Shown: positions 20,359 through 34,047 of the stretch, piece after piece
How positions within the stretch are numbered: the stretch's first letter is position 1
How the letters are laid out: each line of letters begins with the position of its first letter
Assembly: GCA_030390025.1 (NCBI GenBank)
Contig: CM059432.1
Span: forward strand, 77,502,001 to 77,566,000
Length of the DNA stretch: 64,000 nt
Direction: 5' to 3'
Origin: Squalus acanthias
Lineage: Eukaryota
Notes under the pieces: generated by a model
Seen by the model: the letters and a program-made list of their open reading frames with translations, nothing else
Databases searched by the model: none
Told to the model about the DNA's origin: nothing
Program-made: the position numbers and the translations under genes

Positions 20359-21580
20359 ATGGGCATCTTGCTAGCAGTCCCCCTTGCTCTGCATGAGGAG
20401 TTGAGACCTGGCAGAGCAGCACTAGCTGCTGAAGGAGAGAGGAACGAGTTGGGCTCTCAGCAGGAGGCCCTATCCACCTAGGGTATTCAGAGAGCAGTAC
20501 TCCTACATTCACATGACCCAAGACCAGTGCATGAGGAGGCTGTGCTTTACCAAGTAGGTCGTCACAGAGAACTGTGGCCTCGTAGAACGAAGACTCAGAT
20601 GTCGCAGTACAGCCAGGGACGGCATTGCCTTTGGCAGTCAAGGTCACAGTAGCACTTAATTTTTATAGAAACATAGAAACATAGAAGATAGGAGCAGGAG
20701 TAGGCCATTCGGCCCCTCGAGCCTGCTCCGCCATTCGATGAGATCATGGCTGTACATCCAAACTCAGTACCCTGTACCTGCCTTCTCCCCATATTTATGC
20801 TACTGGAGCCTTCCAGGCTGCCACGGGTGATATAAGTCACAAATCACAATCCTCTGTGCAGTTCTGAGGAATGACTATATACCATTCCGTATTGCCAGAG
20901 AAGACCAAAGGCAGAGAGCTCTAGAATTCGACAGGATTGCGGGATTCCCCATGATCCAAGGAGCCATTGACTGTGTATATGTGACCATGCAAGCCCCTCA
21001 TTTAAACTCGGAGTTTTTCAGGAACAGGAAGGGGTTCCATTCCCTCAATGTACAGCTTGTCCACGACCACCGGTAGCGCATCATGCAGGTGAATGCCTCC
21101 TATCCAGGGAGCTGCCACGATGCATTTATAATGAGACAGTCATCCATCCCACAGATCTTTGAGGCCCAATGCAATGTGCATGGTTGGCTACGAGGTGACA
21201 AAGGATACCCTCTGATACCATGGCTTATAACTCCCCTGAGAAAGCCCCAGACACCAGCTGAGCACACATGCAATGAGAGCGACTCAGCCACCAGGAATAT
21301 CTTTTAGCAGAACTTTGGGGTCCTGAAACAGAGGTTTAGATGCCTTGACCAGTCAGAAGGTGCCCTGCAGTACTCGGCCAAGAAGGTCTCCAGATTCGTG
21401 GTGATTTGCTGCATGTTCCACAATCAGCAATTGAGCCAGAGGGTCAGGCTGAGGAGGAAGAGGAGGGAGAGGAGACGAGGAAGAGGAGGAAGGGGAACCA
21501 GCGAGAGCACCAGAGGCTTCCAGGTAGACAACCCATACCTGGGAGGGACGTTCGCCGTCATCTAATTGAAGAGCGCTTTT
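20359..21580 (+). pseudogene. Harbinger (HARBI1-like DDE) transposase, disrupted
   Basis: RRPYPPRVFR, LPLAVKVTVALNF, GAIDC, YPGSCHDAFI, GWLRGDKGYPL, LKQRFRCLD motifs across stops; CR1 3' tail inserted at ~20667-20793. Confidence 0.85.
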
Positions 21581-22631
21581 GAGAGACGTGCTCCACCATT
21601 AGTCTCCAGAGCACTGTTACCACATGATGTACCTTCCATGACTTACGATGCATCAGGCAGTCCATCACCTGCACTCAATCCTTTCAACCACTTCCCCCAT
21701 GAAGAACACAATAAAAAAGACCGCCAATTCCACTACTACTCAATTACCATAATCACTGTTTATAAACATCAAAAAGAAACAATGTAAACATGACACAACC
21801 AACAGCACTTACAAATATTAAACTACTCACCCTGGTGCTTACCCTTAGTGGCTATCTATAAGTGCTCTTGCGTAATCTAGTGCTTCTATGAAGTGCAACC
21901 CCAGTGGCAGCAGCAGGCGAGGTGGATGCCTGCTGAGAATCTGAAGAGGGCAGTTCAGATGTCCACCTGGGACTCCCTCGAGAGGCTGTGGGCTGTGATG
22001 GCCCCGCCTCAGACTGCACCATCTCAGCATGGGCTTCAGTAGTCTGGGCCGCCTGGCTGACAGGCAACTGCAAGGGCAATGGTGGAGTGGCAGGGGATGG
22101 AGCAGCAATGCTCGCATCCAGAGAGAGGCCAGTAGGTTTCTGCTCCATGTTTCCCACGCCATTACCTCGGGGCCTCTTTTCAGCCAGCCCAGTGATCTGG
22201 TGAAGGACAGATCTCTGGGCATCGAAGACACTCTACAAGCCCCTTTCAACCGAGCAGCCCAGAGCCACCATGGCAGCTGCCTGAGCTTCCATTGCCGCAG
22301 TTTGCCATTCCATGGAAGCTGCAATGACTGAAGTGGAAGTTGCAACATCAGTCCTCAGATGCTGCATGATATCGGGCTCCACAGGTCGCTGGATGGAATT
22401 GTCCATCCTCTCCACACTGGAGAGGATGGGTTCCAGGCTCTGCATCCAGCCACGGGTCAAGCTGGAGGCGGACTCATCCATCCCCCCAGCCACAACCCGT
22501 AATCTTTCAGGCAGGCTCCCCATTGCACCAAACATTGGGTTTGTCGCTCCCATCAGCCTGCTTCTGAAATAAAAACAGAAAATGCTGGAAATACTCAGCA
22601 GGTCAGGCAACACCTGTGGACAGAGAAACAG

Positions 22632-22668
22632 AGTTAATGTTTCAGGTCGATGACCCTTCGTCAGAACT
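22632..22668 (-). ncRNA. Minimal hammerhead ribozyme in Penelope terminal repeat (helix III mutated)
   Basis: AGTT-CTGACGA-AGGGTC ATC GACCT-GAAA-CATT-AACT; the sister repeat at ~29192-29217 keeps GAAACGTTAACT but has lost the CUGA box. Confidence 0.6.
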
Positions 22669-24123
22669 GTAAAAAATTTGAACTCAATGTTCAGAACAGA
22701 AGGCTGTAAAGTGCCTAATCGAAAGATGAGGTGCTGTTCCTTAAGCTTACGTTGAGCTTTGTTGGAACAGAGTAAGAGGCAGAAGACACAGAGGTCAGAG
22801 TGGGGTTGGGGTGGAGAATTAAAATGACAGACGACCGGAAGCTCAGGGTCACGCTTACGGACTGAACAGAAGTGTTCCGCAAAGCAGTCATCCAATCTGT
22901 GTTTGGTCTCTCCAATGTAGAGGAGACCACATCGTGAGCAGCGCATACAGTATACTAAGTTACACGAAGTACACGTAAATCGCTGTTACACCTGGAAGGA
23001 GTGTTTTGGGCCCTGGAAGGTGGGAAGGGAGGAGGTAAAAGGGCCGGTGTTGCATCTCCTGCGCTTGCACGGGAAGGTGCCGTGGGAAGGGGAAGCGGTG
23101 TTGGGGGTGATTGAGGAGTGGACCAGGGTGTTGCGGAGGGAACAGTCCCTTTGGAATGCTGAAAGGGGAGGTGAGGGGAAGATGTGTTTGGTGGTGGGAT
23201 CATGCTGGAGGTGGCGTAAATGGCGGAGGATGATCCGTTGAATGTGCAGGCTGGTGGGGTGGAAGGTGAGGACAAGGGGAACCCTATCATGGTTCTGGGA
23301 GGGAGGGGAAGGAGTGAGAGCAGAAGTGCGGGAAATGGAAAGGACACGGTCAAGGGCCGTGTCAACCACGGTGGAGGGGAATACTCCAATGAGGACATAT
23401 CGGAAGCACTGGTGTGGAAGGAGGCATCGTCAGATAAAGTGGTGGAGGGCGTCGGAAGAGTTGTAGATGTAGGTGGGAAGAAACTGGACAAGGGGAGAAA
23501 AAAATAGAGTCGAGATAGGACGAAATAAGTTCCATGGGGCAAGAACAGGCTGAAACAATGGGTCTACCATGGCAGTCCTGTTTTTGGATCTTGGGAAGGA
23601 GGTAGAAGTGGGCAGTGTGGGGTTGGGGGACTATGAGGTTGGAGGCAGTGGAGGGAAGATCTCCAGAGGTGATGAGGTCAGTGACAGTCTTGGAAATGAT
23701 GGCTTGATGTTTGGTAGTGGGGTCATGGTCCAGGGGGAGGTAGGAGGAGGTGTCAGAGAGTTGGCGTTCAGCCTTCGCAAGGTAGAGGTCGGTTCGCCAA
23801 ACAACAACACACCACCCTTATCACAGGTTTAATGACAATGTTAGAGTTGGATCGGAGAGAATGGAGTGCTGCAAGTTCAGAGGGAGGTAGGTTAGAGTGA
23901 GTGAGGTGAGCAGAGAAATTGAGACGGCCAATGTCACGCTGGCAGTTCCCAATGAAAAGATCTAGAAAGGATAAGAGGCCAGAGGGAGGTGTCCAGGTAG
24001 AACGAGAGTTCTGAAAACAGGAGAAAGGGTCCACTGTGCGAGGGGAAGACTCCTGGCCAAAGAAGTGGGTGCGGAGGCGAAGGCGACGGAAGAAGAGCTC
24101 AGTGTCATGCCGAGCTTGAAATT

Positions 24124-27100
24124 AGTCATAGAGTCATAGAGTTATACAGCACAGAAAGAGGCCCTTCGGCCCATCGTGTCTGTGCCGGCCATCAAGCCCT
24201 GACTATTCTAATCCCATTTCCCAGCACTTGGTCCGTAGCCTTGTATGCTATGGCGTTTCAAGTGCTCATCTAAATGTTTCTTGAATGTTGTGAGGGTTCC
24301 TGCCTCTACCATCCTTTCGGGCAGTGAGTTCCAGATTCCAACCACCCTCTGGGTGAAAAAGTTTTTCCTCAAATCCCCTCTAAACCTCCTGCCCCTTACC
24401 TTGAAACTATGCCCGCTGGTTATTGACCCCTCTACTAAGGGGAAAAGTTCCTTTCTATCTACCCTATCTATGCCCCTCATAATTTTGTACACCTCAATCA
24501 GGTCCCCCCTCAGCCTTCTCTGCTTTAAGGAAAACAACCCCAGCCTGTCCAGTCTCTCTTCATAGCTGAAGCACTCCAGCCCAGTTAACATTCTGGTGAA
24601 TCTCCTCTGCACCCTCTCCAATGCAATCACAGTATTCCAGCTGTGGCCTAACTAGCGTTTTGTACAGCTCCATCATAACCTCCCTGCTCTTATATTCTAT
24701 GCCTCGGCTAATGAAGGCAAGTATCCCATATGCCTTTTTAACCACCTTATCTACCTGTCCTGCTGCCTTCAGGGATCTATGTACATGCACACCCAGCACC
24801 CTCTGATCCTCTGTCCTTCCTAGGGTCCTACCATTCATTGTGTATTCCCTTGCCTTGTTAGTCCTCCCAAAATGCATCACCTCACACTTTTCAGGGTTAA
24901 ATTCTATTTGCCACTGTTCTGCCCATCTAACCAACCCGTCTATATCGTCTTGTAGCCTGAGGCTTCCCTCCACGCTATTTACCACTCCACCAATTTTCGT
25001 GTCATCTGCGAACTTACTGATCATACCTCCTACATTCATATCTAAATCATTAATGTACACTACAAACAGCAAAGGACCCAGCACCGATCCCTGCGGTACA
25101 CCACTGGACACAGGCTTCCAGTCACAAAAACAACCTTCGACCATCACCCTCTGCCTCCTGCTACTAAGCCAATTTTGGATCCAATGTGCCAAATTGCCCT
25201 GGATCCCATGGGCTCTTACCTTCTTGACCAGTCTCCCAATGCGGGACTTTGTCAAAAGCCTTACTGAAGTCCATGTAGACTTCATCAACTGCACTACCCT
25301 CACCAACACATAGTCACCCCCTCGAAAAATTCAATCACATTGGTTAGACATGATCTCCCCCTGACAAAGCCATGCTGACTATCCTTGATTAATCCTTGCC
25401 TCTCCAAGTGGAGACTAATTCTGTCCCTCAGAATTTTTTCCAATAATTTCCCCACCACTGATGTTAGGCTCACTGGCCTGTAATTCCCTGGTTTATCCCT
25501 ACTACCCTTCTTGAATAGTGGTACTATGTTAGCTGTCCTCCAGTCCTCTGGCACCTCCACTGTGGCCAGAGTGGTTCTAAAAATTTGTGTCAGAGCCCCT
25601 CGAATCTCCTCCCTTGCCTCACACAGCAGCCTGGGATACATCTCATCTGGGCCTGGGGATTTATCCACTTTTAAGCCCGCTAAAACCACTAGTAGCTCCT
25701 CCCTCTCAATACTAATTTGTTCAAGTATATCACAATCCCCCTGCCTGATTTCTATGCCTACATCGTCCTTCTCCATAGTGAACACAGATGCAAAATATTC
25801 ATTTAAAACCTCACCTACATCTTCCTGCTCTACACACAGATTGCCACTTTGGTCCCTAATGGGCCCTACTCTTTCCCTTAATATACTTATAAAACACCTT
25901 GGGATTTTCCTTTATTTTGCCCACCAGTGTTTTTTCATGCCCCCTCTTCGCTCTCCTAATTTCTTTTTTAAGTAACCCCCTGCACTTTCTATACTCCTCT
26001 AGGGCTTCCACTGTTTTTAGTCCTTTGTATCTGCCAAAAGCCTCCCTTTTTTTCCTAATCCATTCTTGTATATCCCTTGACATCCAGGGTTCCCTGGGCT
26101 TGTTGGTCCCGATGCGGGACCTTTACCTTTACGGGAACATGTTGGCGTTGTACTCTCTGTATTTCCTTTCTGAAAGACTCCCACTGCTCTGATGTGGATT
26201 TTCCTACAAGTAGCTGATCCCAGTCCACTTTGGCCAGATCCTGCCTGATTATATTAAAATCGGCCTTCCCCCAATTTACAACCTTTATTTCCGGTCCATC
26301 TTTGTCCTTAAATCTCACTGAATTATGGTCACTGTCTCCAAAATGCTTTCCTACTGACACTTCTACCACTTGCCCGGCTACATTCCCTAGAATTAGGTCC
26401 AGTACCGCCCCCTCTCTTGTAGGACTTTCTACATGCTGGCTCAAAAAGCTCTCCTGGATGCACTTTAAGAATTCGCACCCTCTAAGCCTTTCACACTCTG
26501 ACTATCCCAGTTAATATTGGGGAAGTTGAAATCCCCTACTATTATTACCCTATTATTTCTACACTTCTCTGAGATTTGCCTACATATCTGTTCCTCTATC
26601 TCCCCCTGACTGTTTGGGGGCCTATAGTACACTCCCAGCAAAGTGCTTGCCCCCTTTTTGTTTTTAAGTTCTACCCATATGGCCTCATTAGAGGAACCTG
26701 CTAAGATATCATCCCTCCTTACAGCAGTAATTGACTCCTTGATTAATATTGCGACACCCTCTCCTCTTTTACACCCCCCTCTGTCTCGCCTGAAGATTCC
26801 ATACCCTGGAATATTGAGCTGCCAGTCCTGCCCCTCCCTCAACCACGTCTCTGTGATAGCAACAATATCACACTCCAATGTGTTCATCAACACCTTCAAT
26901 TCATCTGCCTTACTCGCAAGACTCCTTGCATTAAAATAAATGCCATCCAGCCTTGCCATACTCCCTTGTGCCGTTATATATTTGCTCTGCCTTCCAGGCT
27001 GACTTGTTTTTTCCTCTATATTTGGCTGTGCATCACCCCCTACTATAGCTCCACTCCGTATCCCATCCCCCTGCCAAGTTAGTTTAAACCCCCCCCAACA

Positions 27101-28408
27101 GTACTAGCAAACCTCCCCGCAAGGATGTTGGTCCCATTCCGGTTCAGGTGCAACCCGTCTGACTTGTACAGGTCCCACCTTCCCCAGAAGCAGACCCAGT
27201 GATCCAGGAAACTGAAGCCCTCCCTCCTGCACCAACTCTTTAGCCACACATTCATCTGCTCTATCCTCCTATTCCTATACTCACTAGCACGTGGCACCGG
27301 GAGTAATCCAGAGATTACAACCTTTGAGGTCCTGCTTTTTAATCTGCTACCTAGCTCCCTAAATTCTTGTTGCAGGACCTCATCCCTCTTTCTACCCATG
27401 TCGTTGGTACCAATGTGAACCACGACCTCTGACTGTTCGCCCTCCCCCTTCAGAATGCCCTGCAGCCGTTCAGTGACATCCTTGACCCTGGCACCAGGGA
27501 AGCAACATACCATCCTGGAGTCACGTCTGCGGCCACAGAAACGTCTATCTGTTCCCCTTACGATAGAATCCCCTATCACTATTGCTCTCCCACTCTTTTT
27601 CCTCCCCTCCTGTGCAGCTGAGCCACTCGTAGTGCCACAGACTTGGCTCTTGCTGCATTCCCCTGAGAAACCATCTCCCCCAGCAGTATCCAAAATGGAA
27701 AATCTGTTGGAGAGGGAGATGGACCCAGGGGACTCCTGCACTACCTTCCTAGTTCTTTTACTCTGTCTGGCGGTCACCCATTTCCTGTCTGCCTGTGCAC
27801 TCTTTACCTGCGGTGTGACCACCTCGTTAAACGTGCTATCCACGAAGATCTCAGCTTTGCGGATGCTCCACAGTGACTCCAGCCGCAGCTCCAGCTCCGA
27901 AACGCGGATTGCGAGTAGCTGCAGCTGGAGACACTTCCTGCACATGTGTTCGCCCTGGACACCGAAAGTGTCCCTGACTTCCCACATCGCACAGGAGGAG
28001 CACTCCACAGTGCCGAGCTGCCCTACCATGTCCTACCCTTAATTTACTCCCTTTACTTCCTTTAAATTAAAGAATATTAAATACACTAGGGACCTTACTT
28101 CCCTTTAAACACTAGTTTCTCTAAACTAGAGACCTTACTTTCACTTTAACAACTGGACTGTAGAAATACTCACCAGGTCCTACTTACCAATCAGCTCCTT
28201 CCCTGGTTGTGACGTCACTTTAGCGGTTTCGTAGTTGTTGTTGTATGACTGCTTCCGCTCTCGGACTCTTTCCTTGGTGTAAAGTAAGAACCAATTCCTA
28301 CGGGGTGAAAAGTTAGGAAAAACAAAGGCGAAGCAAGGGAGCTCCTCCTTCCACTCCTCACCTAACTCCCTGACTCACCCAACTCGCAGCACTCTGTTCA
28401 AACCGCAC
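24124..28408 (-). mobile_element. Near full-length CR1 LINE (5'UTR, ORF1, frameshifted APE+RT ORF2, repeat tail)
   Basis: YFNARSL, AITETWL, GVYYRPP, VGDFNFP (APE); VPQGSVLGP, KFADDTK (RT); CTCTATGA tail repeats. Confidence 0.92.
27079..28029 (-). CDS. CR1 ORF1 protein (zinc finger + SGNH esterase-like), intact 316 aa
   Basis: CSSCAMW..CRKC; IVIGDSIVR, HIGTND, DGLHLN blocks. Confidence 0.88.
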   Translation of the reverse strand: MVGQLGTVECSSCAMWEVRDTFGVQGEHMCRKCLQLQLLAIRVSELELRLESLWSIRKAEIFVDSTFNEVVTPQVKSAQADRKWVTARQSKRTRKVVQESPGSISLSNRFSILDTAGGDGFSGECSKSQVCGTTSGSAAQEGRKKSGRAIVIGDSIVRGTDRRFCGRRRDSRMVCCFPGARVKDVTERLQGILKGEGEQSEVVVHIGTNDMGRKRDEVLQQEFRELGSRLKSRTSKVVISGLLPVPRASEYRNRRIEQMNVWLKSWCRREGFSFLDHWVCFWGRWDLYKSDGLHLNRNGTNILAGRFASTVGGGLN

Positions 28409-31400
28409 TCATTGAGATGGGGGCGTAAGGGAATGAAGCTGTGGTCTTTGCTGAGGACTGATTACTCGGGGTCAGAAAGGGGAAGGTCAGAGGGGATAGT
28501 GAAAACACAGCAAGAGGCGAGATTGGAATAAGGGATGGGGTAAGAGGAAAGTGAAGGGGAAGAAGGTTCTGGAGGGGCATTGGTATCCAACAAGAGTTGT
28601 TGAAGCTTGCTATCCTTGACACCTGAAAGGAAGAAAAAAGGTTTTCTGTTAAAGCACTGGATGAGACGAAGGATGAAATGGAACAGCTTTGAGATAGAGT
28701 GAGTTGGTGCTGCTGAAGAGAGAGGTCGAGAGCATGCATGTGGTGGCGCATGGCATTGAGCGTGGATCTCAGGATGCGGCGAGAGCAGTGGTTCGAGGAA
28801 CGTTGAATATCTTGGAAATATCTGTAATCATGGGTGGATCCAAAACATGAAGGGTGGAATTTCAGTTGGAATCCACATGGAATAAGTCAGAGCCGGAGAC
28901 AGTTGCTGAGAAAAGAGATGTGGCTGTGAAAATGTGTTTTAGCAGATACCTGATCAAACATGAGAAGGGAAACAGAAAGCAATGAAGATGAACAAGGTAA
29001 AAGAGATGAACAGAAATCTCGTCGGAGAGAGGAGCAGAACTTCTTTAAGGTGGGCATTCCTTGAAGAGAAGTGGCAGTGAATTAAACACTAATACAAAAG
29101 CAAAATAATGCAGATGCTGAAAATCTGAAATAAAAACAGAAAATGCTGGAAATACTCAACAGGTCAGGCAGCATCTGAGGAGAGAGAAACAGAGTTAACG
29201 TTTCAGGTCGATGACCTGAACTGCTTCTTGTGAAACTTGGCCCTATGAGATCCTCATCTGATTTCTCTACAGCAGAACTAGTATGAGACCTTGCCCCCCG
29301 GAAATGTGGCACCTGCGGTGTCCCTTCCACCCTGCGTGGCTGCTGCCCGCTGGTGCCCGCTAGTGCCTGGTGCATCCCAATGTGAGGATCCCTCTTCTAA
29401 GCTAATCTCTAAGTTTCCATGGTGCCGGTCTCTGAGCTGGTGCCTGCGACAGTGGTGGCCATTGACGCAGTGCATTCTTCCTTGCTCTCCCCCTCCTCCT
29501 CCTTCTCTTTCTCTGGGGCACGCAAGGTGGCTGTTGCTCATCTTAAACTTGCTCTACAGGGCGAAGTGCCTCTTGCTCCTGGTCGCCTGCAATGATAAAG
29601 CTGGAAGGGCTAGAGTGCAACGTGTGGGGCCACAACAGGAGGATGTGTGTGATGAGACCATATGGAGCTTGGGAGTGAGGATAGCTTTGTGTGATTATGG
29701 ATCAGGAATAGTTGTGCATCTGTAAGGAAGCTGAAATGGCCACATACCTCAAGGCAATATGTTCCCTGCTCTGCTTGTGGTCACAGCTTCTCCCCAACCC
29801 ATTGCTCAACACACTTCCTTTCCCATCTGTATATATGCTGGTCAAATGAATATGCTGAGCCATTCTGACCACAGACATCCTGATATGGGCAGTAATGTTA
29901 CACCGTCTAGAGCTGGTTCTAAATAAAGCCTTTGTGTAAATGTTTCATGTCATCAGATTCTGGCATTTTATCAATTCATTCAAAACTATACAACTTGGGA
30001 GAAAGGCAGACAAGTATAGAATATTACCAGGGTGAATTTTCATGGGGGTTCTCCCTCTCATCCTCTGTAACTCTGGCAGAAGAGCCACGGAATCACTGGA
30101 AAAACAGTTTTTATGCAGAAGATTTGGTAGATGAATGGGAAAAACCCGGAGGAAATTCACCCTCATGTTACTATCAGCATTTTTCCACATTTTAGCTAGT
30201 AGATGGAAGGCTGTTTGAGGCTACAATTGTATGCCTAGTGTGGCTCATCGGGTCCGAATTTCCACGGAGGTTCTCCCTCTTGCCTGCCATAACTTCAGCA
30301 GGAACCCGCGGAAACTTCGGAAAGTTGGCGTAAACACCACGTTGCTTTGGCTACCGTGGCTGTTCTACCAAAGTTATGGCAGACAAGCGGGAAAACCCCA
30401 GTGGAAATTCACCTCCATGGTTTCATTTTGTATTTGCAAACAAATTAATTCTGTCATCAAAGCCCCTGCCACAGGTTAAATAAATTTGGCCAGACTGTAG
30501 ATATTGATCATTGCTCCATATCTGTGGATAATGATGGTAGGTGTTTTCAATCATATTAAATAATTGATTACTGGACTATTTTTGTACAGCAGACATTCTA
30601 TAAGCAACTAGATTCTATTGTTATACTATGTGAGGATGATTAGACACCAAAAGGACTTGTCAGGGACTAGTGTATTTTGATATTTTCTTATGAACCTGAA
30701 AACATGATTAGTACAGAACTGGATCATTTTTCGCCTATTTATTTAATGAATAAGTGATCTTCCAAAGTTTAGAATTCTAGTAGAATACATGCGTGGTCTG
30801 CTGTCGTTTATATAACATTATTATTTTCCATTGTAAAGCAGAGATTCTCTTTAAATTCACAGTGAGTCTAACAAAAATTGAATGATTTTCCATTGGTGAG
30901 TATATGTGCTAATCACAGCTCAACTAAAATGTAATTTATGTGATATCTATGCCTTGTAGGTTTACAGAGGAAGCATATGGGTTCATGTAACAGCAGGCAT
31001 CGGTGCTGTAAAGTCACTTCAGGAGCAACCTTGATACATTTAAAATAAATTTGTATTGTACTTTTCTTCTTAGATTTGCAAAAGCTCAACTATTAAAGGA
31101 AATTTTTCTGTCATATGATAATAGCACCACATGGAATACCATCAGTCCTTTTTGCTCAAAGAGCCAATCTATTTACTTTATTACCGAATGACATCTGGTC
31201 AGTTCATTTTGCTGCCAAATTCAAAACATCAACAGGTGCACAATAGTTTATTGCTAACAAACAAAGTCCAGGCAGAAAGATGCTTCTCACGATAAAATTG
31301 GAATACTGATGAGGGTCAGTAGCACTTAGGACTGTCATTAGTAATAATTTGACTTAGACTGCACACTTTAAAAGTCACCATTGCACTTCCCACTAGCAAA

Positions 31401-32365
31401 GCAATAAATGCAAAGCAAGTGGTGTTTCTCCTTCCAGTTTTCTCTTCCTCCCTCTCCTGAAGGCCGTGACTCATGCCGGGCATAGTTTGCACAGGCACCA
31501 ACACCTCTTCAGTATCCTCATTTCATATGAGGCCAGACAGTTACACCTGGAATTACCTTAGGGGGTTCTCCTGATCCACTGCATCTCCAGCAGAAGATTG
31601 GCGGATATCCAGGCTAAACTATCTAAACAGGGTTTCTGTTAAGTTATAGCAGCTGATCGAGAGAACACCCCGAGGAAATTCCATGCATTAGCGTTAGTAG
31701 GGTACTTAGCACTGGGGGAAATCACAGCCAAGTCTAATCTGTCCTTACCCAACATATACACTTCCCAGCAGTCACTCTACAGTGACCAGCAGCTTTTCCC
31801 CTCCCAGGGACACTGGGCCAATTATTGTGACTGCCCCACCCTCCATTTGACAAGTTTTCTAATTTCAACCCTCCTTTTCGTGGAGCAGCAGCTGATATCC
31901 ACTCGACAGCTCACAGTGGCAATATGACTGAGATTATAAGCTCATTGTGTGGGGAGATCACAGATATCAAGCCACATCTTACTGCTGCATGGCGCACTGC
32001 AACAACAACAACAACTTGCATTTATATAGCACCTTTAACGTAGTAAAATGTTCCAAGGTGCTTCACAGGAGTGATTATCAAACAAAATTTGCACTGAGCC
32101 ACATAAGGAGATATTGGCCCAGATTTTGCGGTGGATAATGACAGCAAACTGTCAGCATTCGCCATCATTACACCTCTGACACTGACCGCAACTTCAGTAT
32201 TCAGCGCATGTGCATCTAAACATGGAAATCCTAAAGTTGCGGTCAGTCATTCACTGCTCCGACACAGGCTGTGCTGTGGACCTCCTCCCCCATAGACTGC
32301 AATCAGTGGAACTGACCAAAACTTGGGTATTTCCATGGTAATATTGCTGTTAAATACCACATTAA

Positions 32366-33257
32366 GGGGGAGAAATTCATTATCGCCCCATTTGGGGCGC
32401 AATTATCGGCTGGGCGCAAAGATTAGCGCCTGGCGCTAATTATCACCACCAACTGCAAACTTGACTTTTATCGCCCCTGGAGGTGATTGGAGCACTAAAT
32501 CAGGCGCTTCACACCTGTCTTAAGGCGCAAAGGCCGAGGAGCGAGGCGCTACCTCAGAGCACTGGCGAAGCTCATGTAATGTCAGTCAACAATGGAACAC
32601 ACACACAGTGACACGGGCCAGTTCTTAAAGGGGATGGTTAATCTTGCTTTCCATCCACATCCTGCTCATTGCAGCCTTGAATCTCGGCCTGGAGAGACCT
32701 GCACATCAAATCTGCTGGAAAGATCAATGGAGAGTACCAGGCAAAGAGCTCAGAGTGCAGCCCCCACAGTCTCTTCTAAATCGATACAAGGAATGGCAAA
32801 TCAAAATGAACCTGCAAAGTGCTGCTCAGCACCCAAAATTCCTTCACACAACGTTGAATCTCTCAGAATTCTCTCTCTCTCTCGCTCAGAATGCGTAGTT
32901 CAAAAATGGCACCAACAATAAAAGGCAGGAAGCGGTCACCTTTAAATAGCGCTCCCCATTTCCCTTCATGACTGCAGTACGCTCCCCTCAACCTGTCGTT
33001 GCTAGCGTCAGGCGGTAAGGCAGGGGGCGCCACTCAATATCCGCTCCGGGGCGATACCGGGGCGTTGCGCACTCGACTGACGTCACGATCTGCGGGCGCA
33101 GGAGATCGTGGTGGTAGTGTTTAGCGCCGCCGCAAAATGTCTAGTTAATTTCGCGAGCGGCGCAAACTTCGCCGCGCCTTGGCGCTAGATGCTTTGTGCC
33201 CCATTAGCGCCCTCTTAAGGCGCTAACGGGAGGCGCAACCAACTGAATTTTTCCCCC
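32366..33257. mobile_element. Non-autonomous PIF/Harbinger-type element, copy 2
   Basis: TIR GGGGGAGAAATTCA/TGAATTTTTCCCCC with TAA TSD (32363-32365, 33258-33260). Confidence 0.85.
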
Positions 33258-34047
33258 TAAATGTTAAGCCTTGTTGGAATAGGTGTAACTGGGGTTTTAA
33301 CAGCATATTGACTGCTAAACGACCTTTCTGGCCCTGAAAAACTAATATTTATATTTGCGGAGTGTCAAATTTCTCCATTATGATAAAAACTACAATTTAC
33401 TTTAAAAAACATTTTAAAGCTTTTTCCTGATATTTCAGCTTCTACCTTATCCCCATGTGAAAGTCCCAATCTTTATTTTGCTCCCAGTAACATTTTTTAA
33501 AAGTCCAGATAAAAGCTGCTTTTCATTTCCCGGTTTGCTGTCTGTGAGATTTCTTCAATGTGATTGCCTGCTTAGACAGCTTGTTGATGTCACTGTGGCT
33601 CATCGCTATGAATTAGGCCATTTAGCCCCTCGAGCCCTGTTCTGCCATTCAGTGAGATCATGGCTGATCTGTGACCTAACTCCATATACCCGCCTTTGGC
33701 CCATATCCCTTAATACCTTTGGGTAACAAAAATCTATCAATCTCAGATTTAAAATTAACAATTGATCTAGCATCAATTGCCGCTTGCGGAAGAGAGTTCC
33801 AAACTTCTACCATCCTTTGTGTGTAGAAGTGTTTCCTAATTTCACTCCTGAAAGGTCTGGCTCTAATTTTTAGACTATGCCCCCTAGTCCTAGACTCCCC
33901 AACCAGCAGAAATAGTTTCTCTCTATCTACCCTACCTGTCCCCCATAATATCTTGAAAACTTCGATCAAATCACCCCTTAACCTTCTAAACTCTAGGGAA
34001 TACAACTCTAATTTGTGTAATCTCTCCTCGTAATTTAACCCTTGGGT

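Larger units (their letters stand above)
22566..29220 (-). mobile_element. Penelope-like element (GIY-YIG), decayed, interrupted by CR1 at 24124-28408
   Basis: CSRCGLLYIGETKHRL..FAEH GIY-YIG motif; DRVPLVLTFHP; direct terminal repeat 22563-22657/29124-29217; CTGCTTCT at 22558-22565 and 29221-29228. Confidence 0.85.
21840..29600 (-). pseudogene. Harbinger second (Myb/SANT-associated) ORF, 3' exons, split by Penelope insertion at 22566-29220
   Basis: Removing the insertion rejoins ...DEDLIGPSFTRS|RLMGATNPMFG...; resembles the ORFs at 39495-40124 and 46861-47448. Confidence 0.65.

Noticed and set aside
22233..22946. 237-aa ORF as a new GIY-YIG fusion gene
   Set aside because: Chance read-through across the Penelope/Harbinger junction in decayed sequence.
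31700..31840. LF-SINE-like fragment (also ~53400-53520)
   Set aside because: Resemblance from memory only; too degenerate to support.
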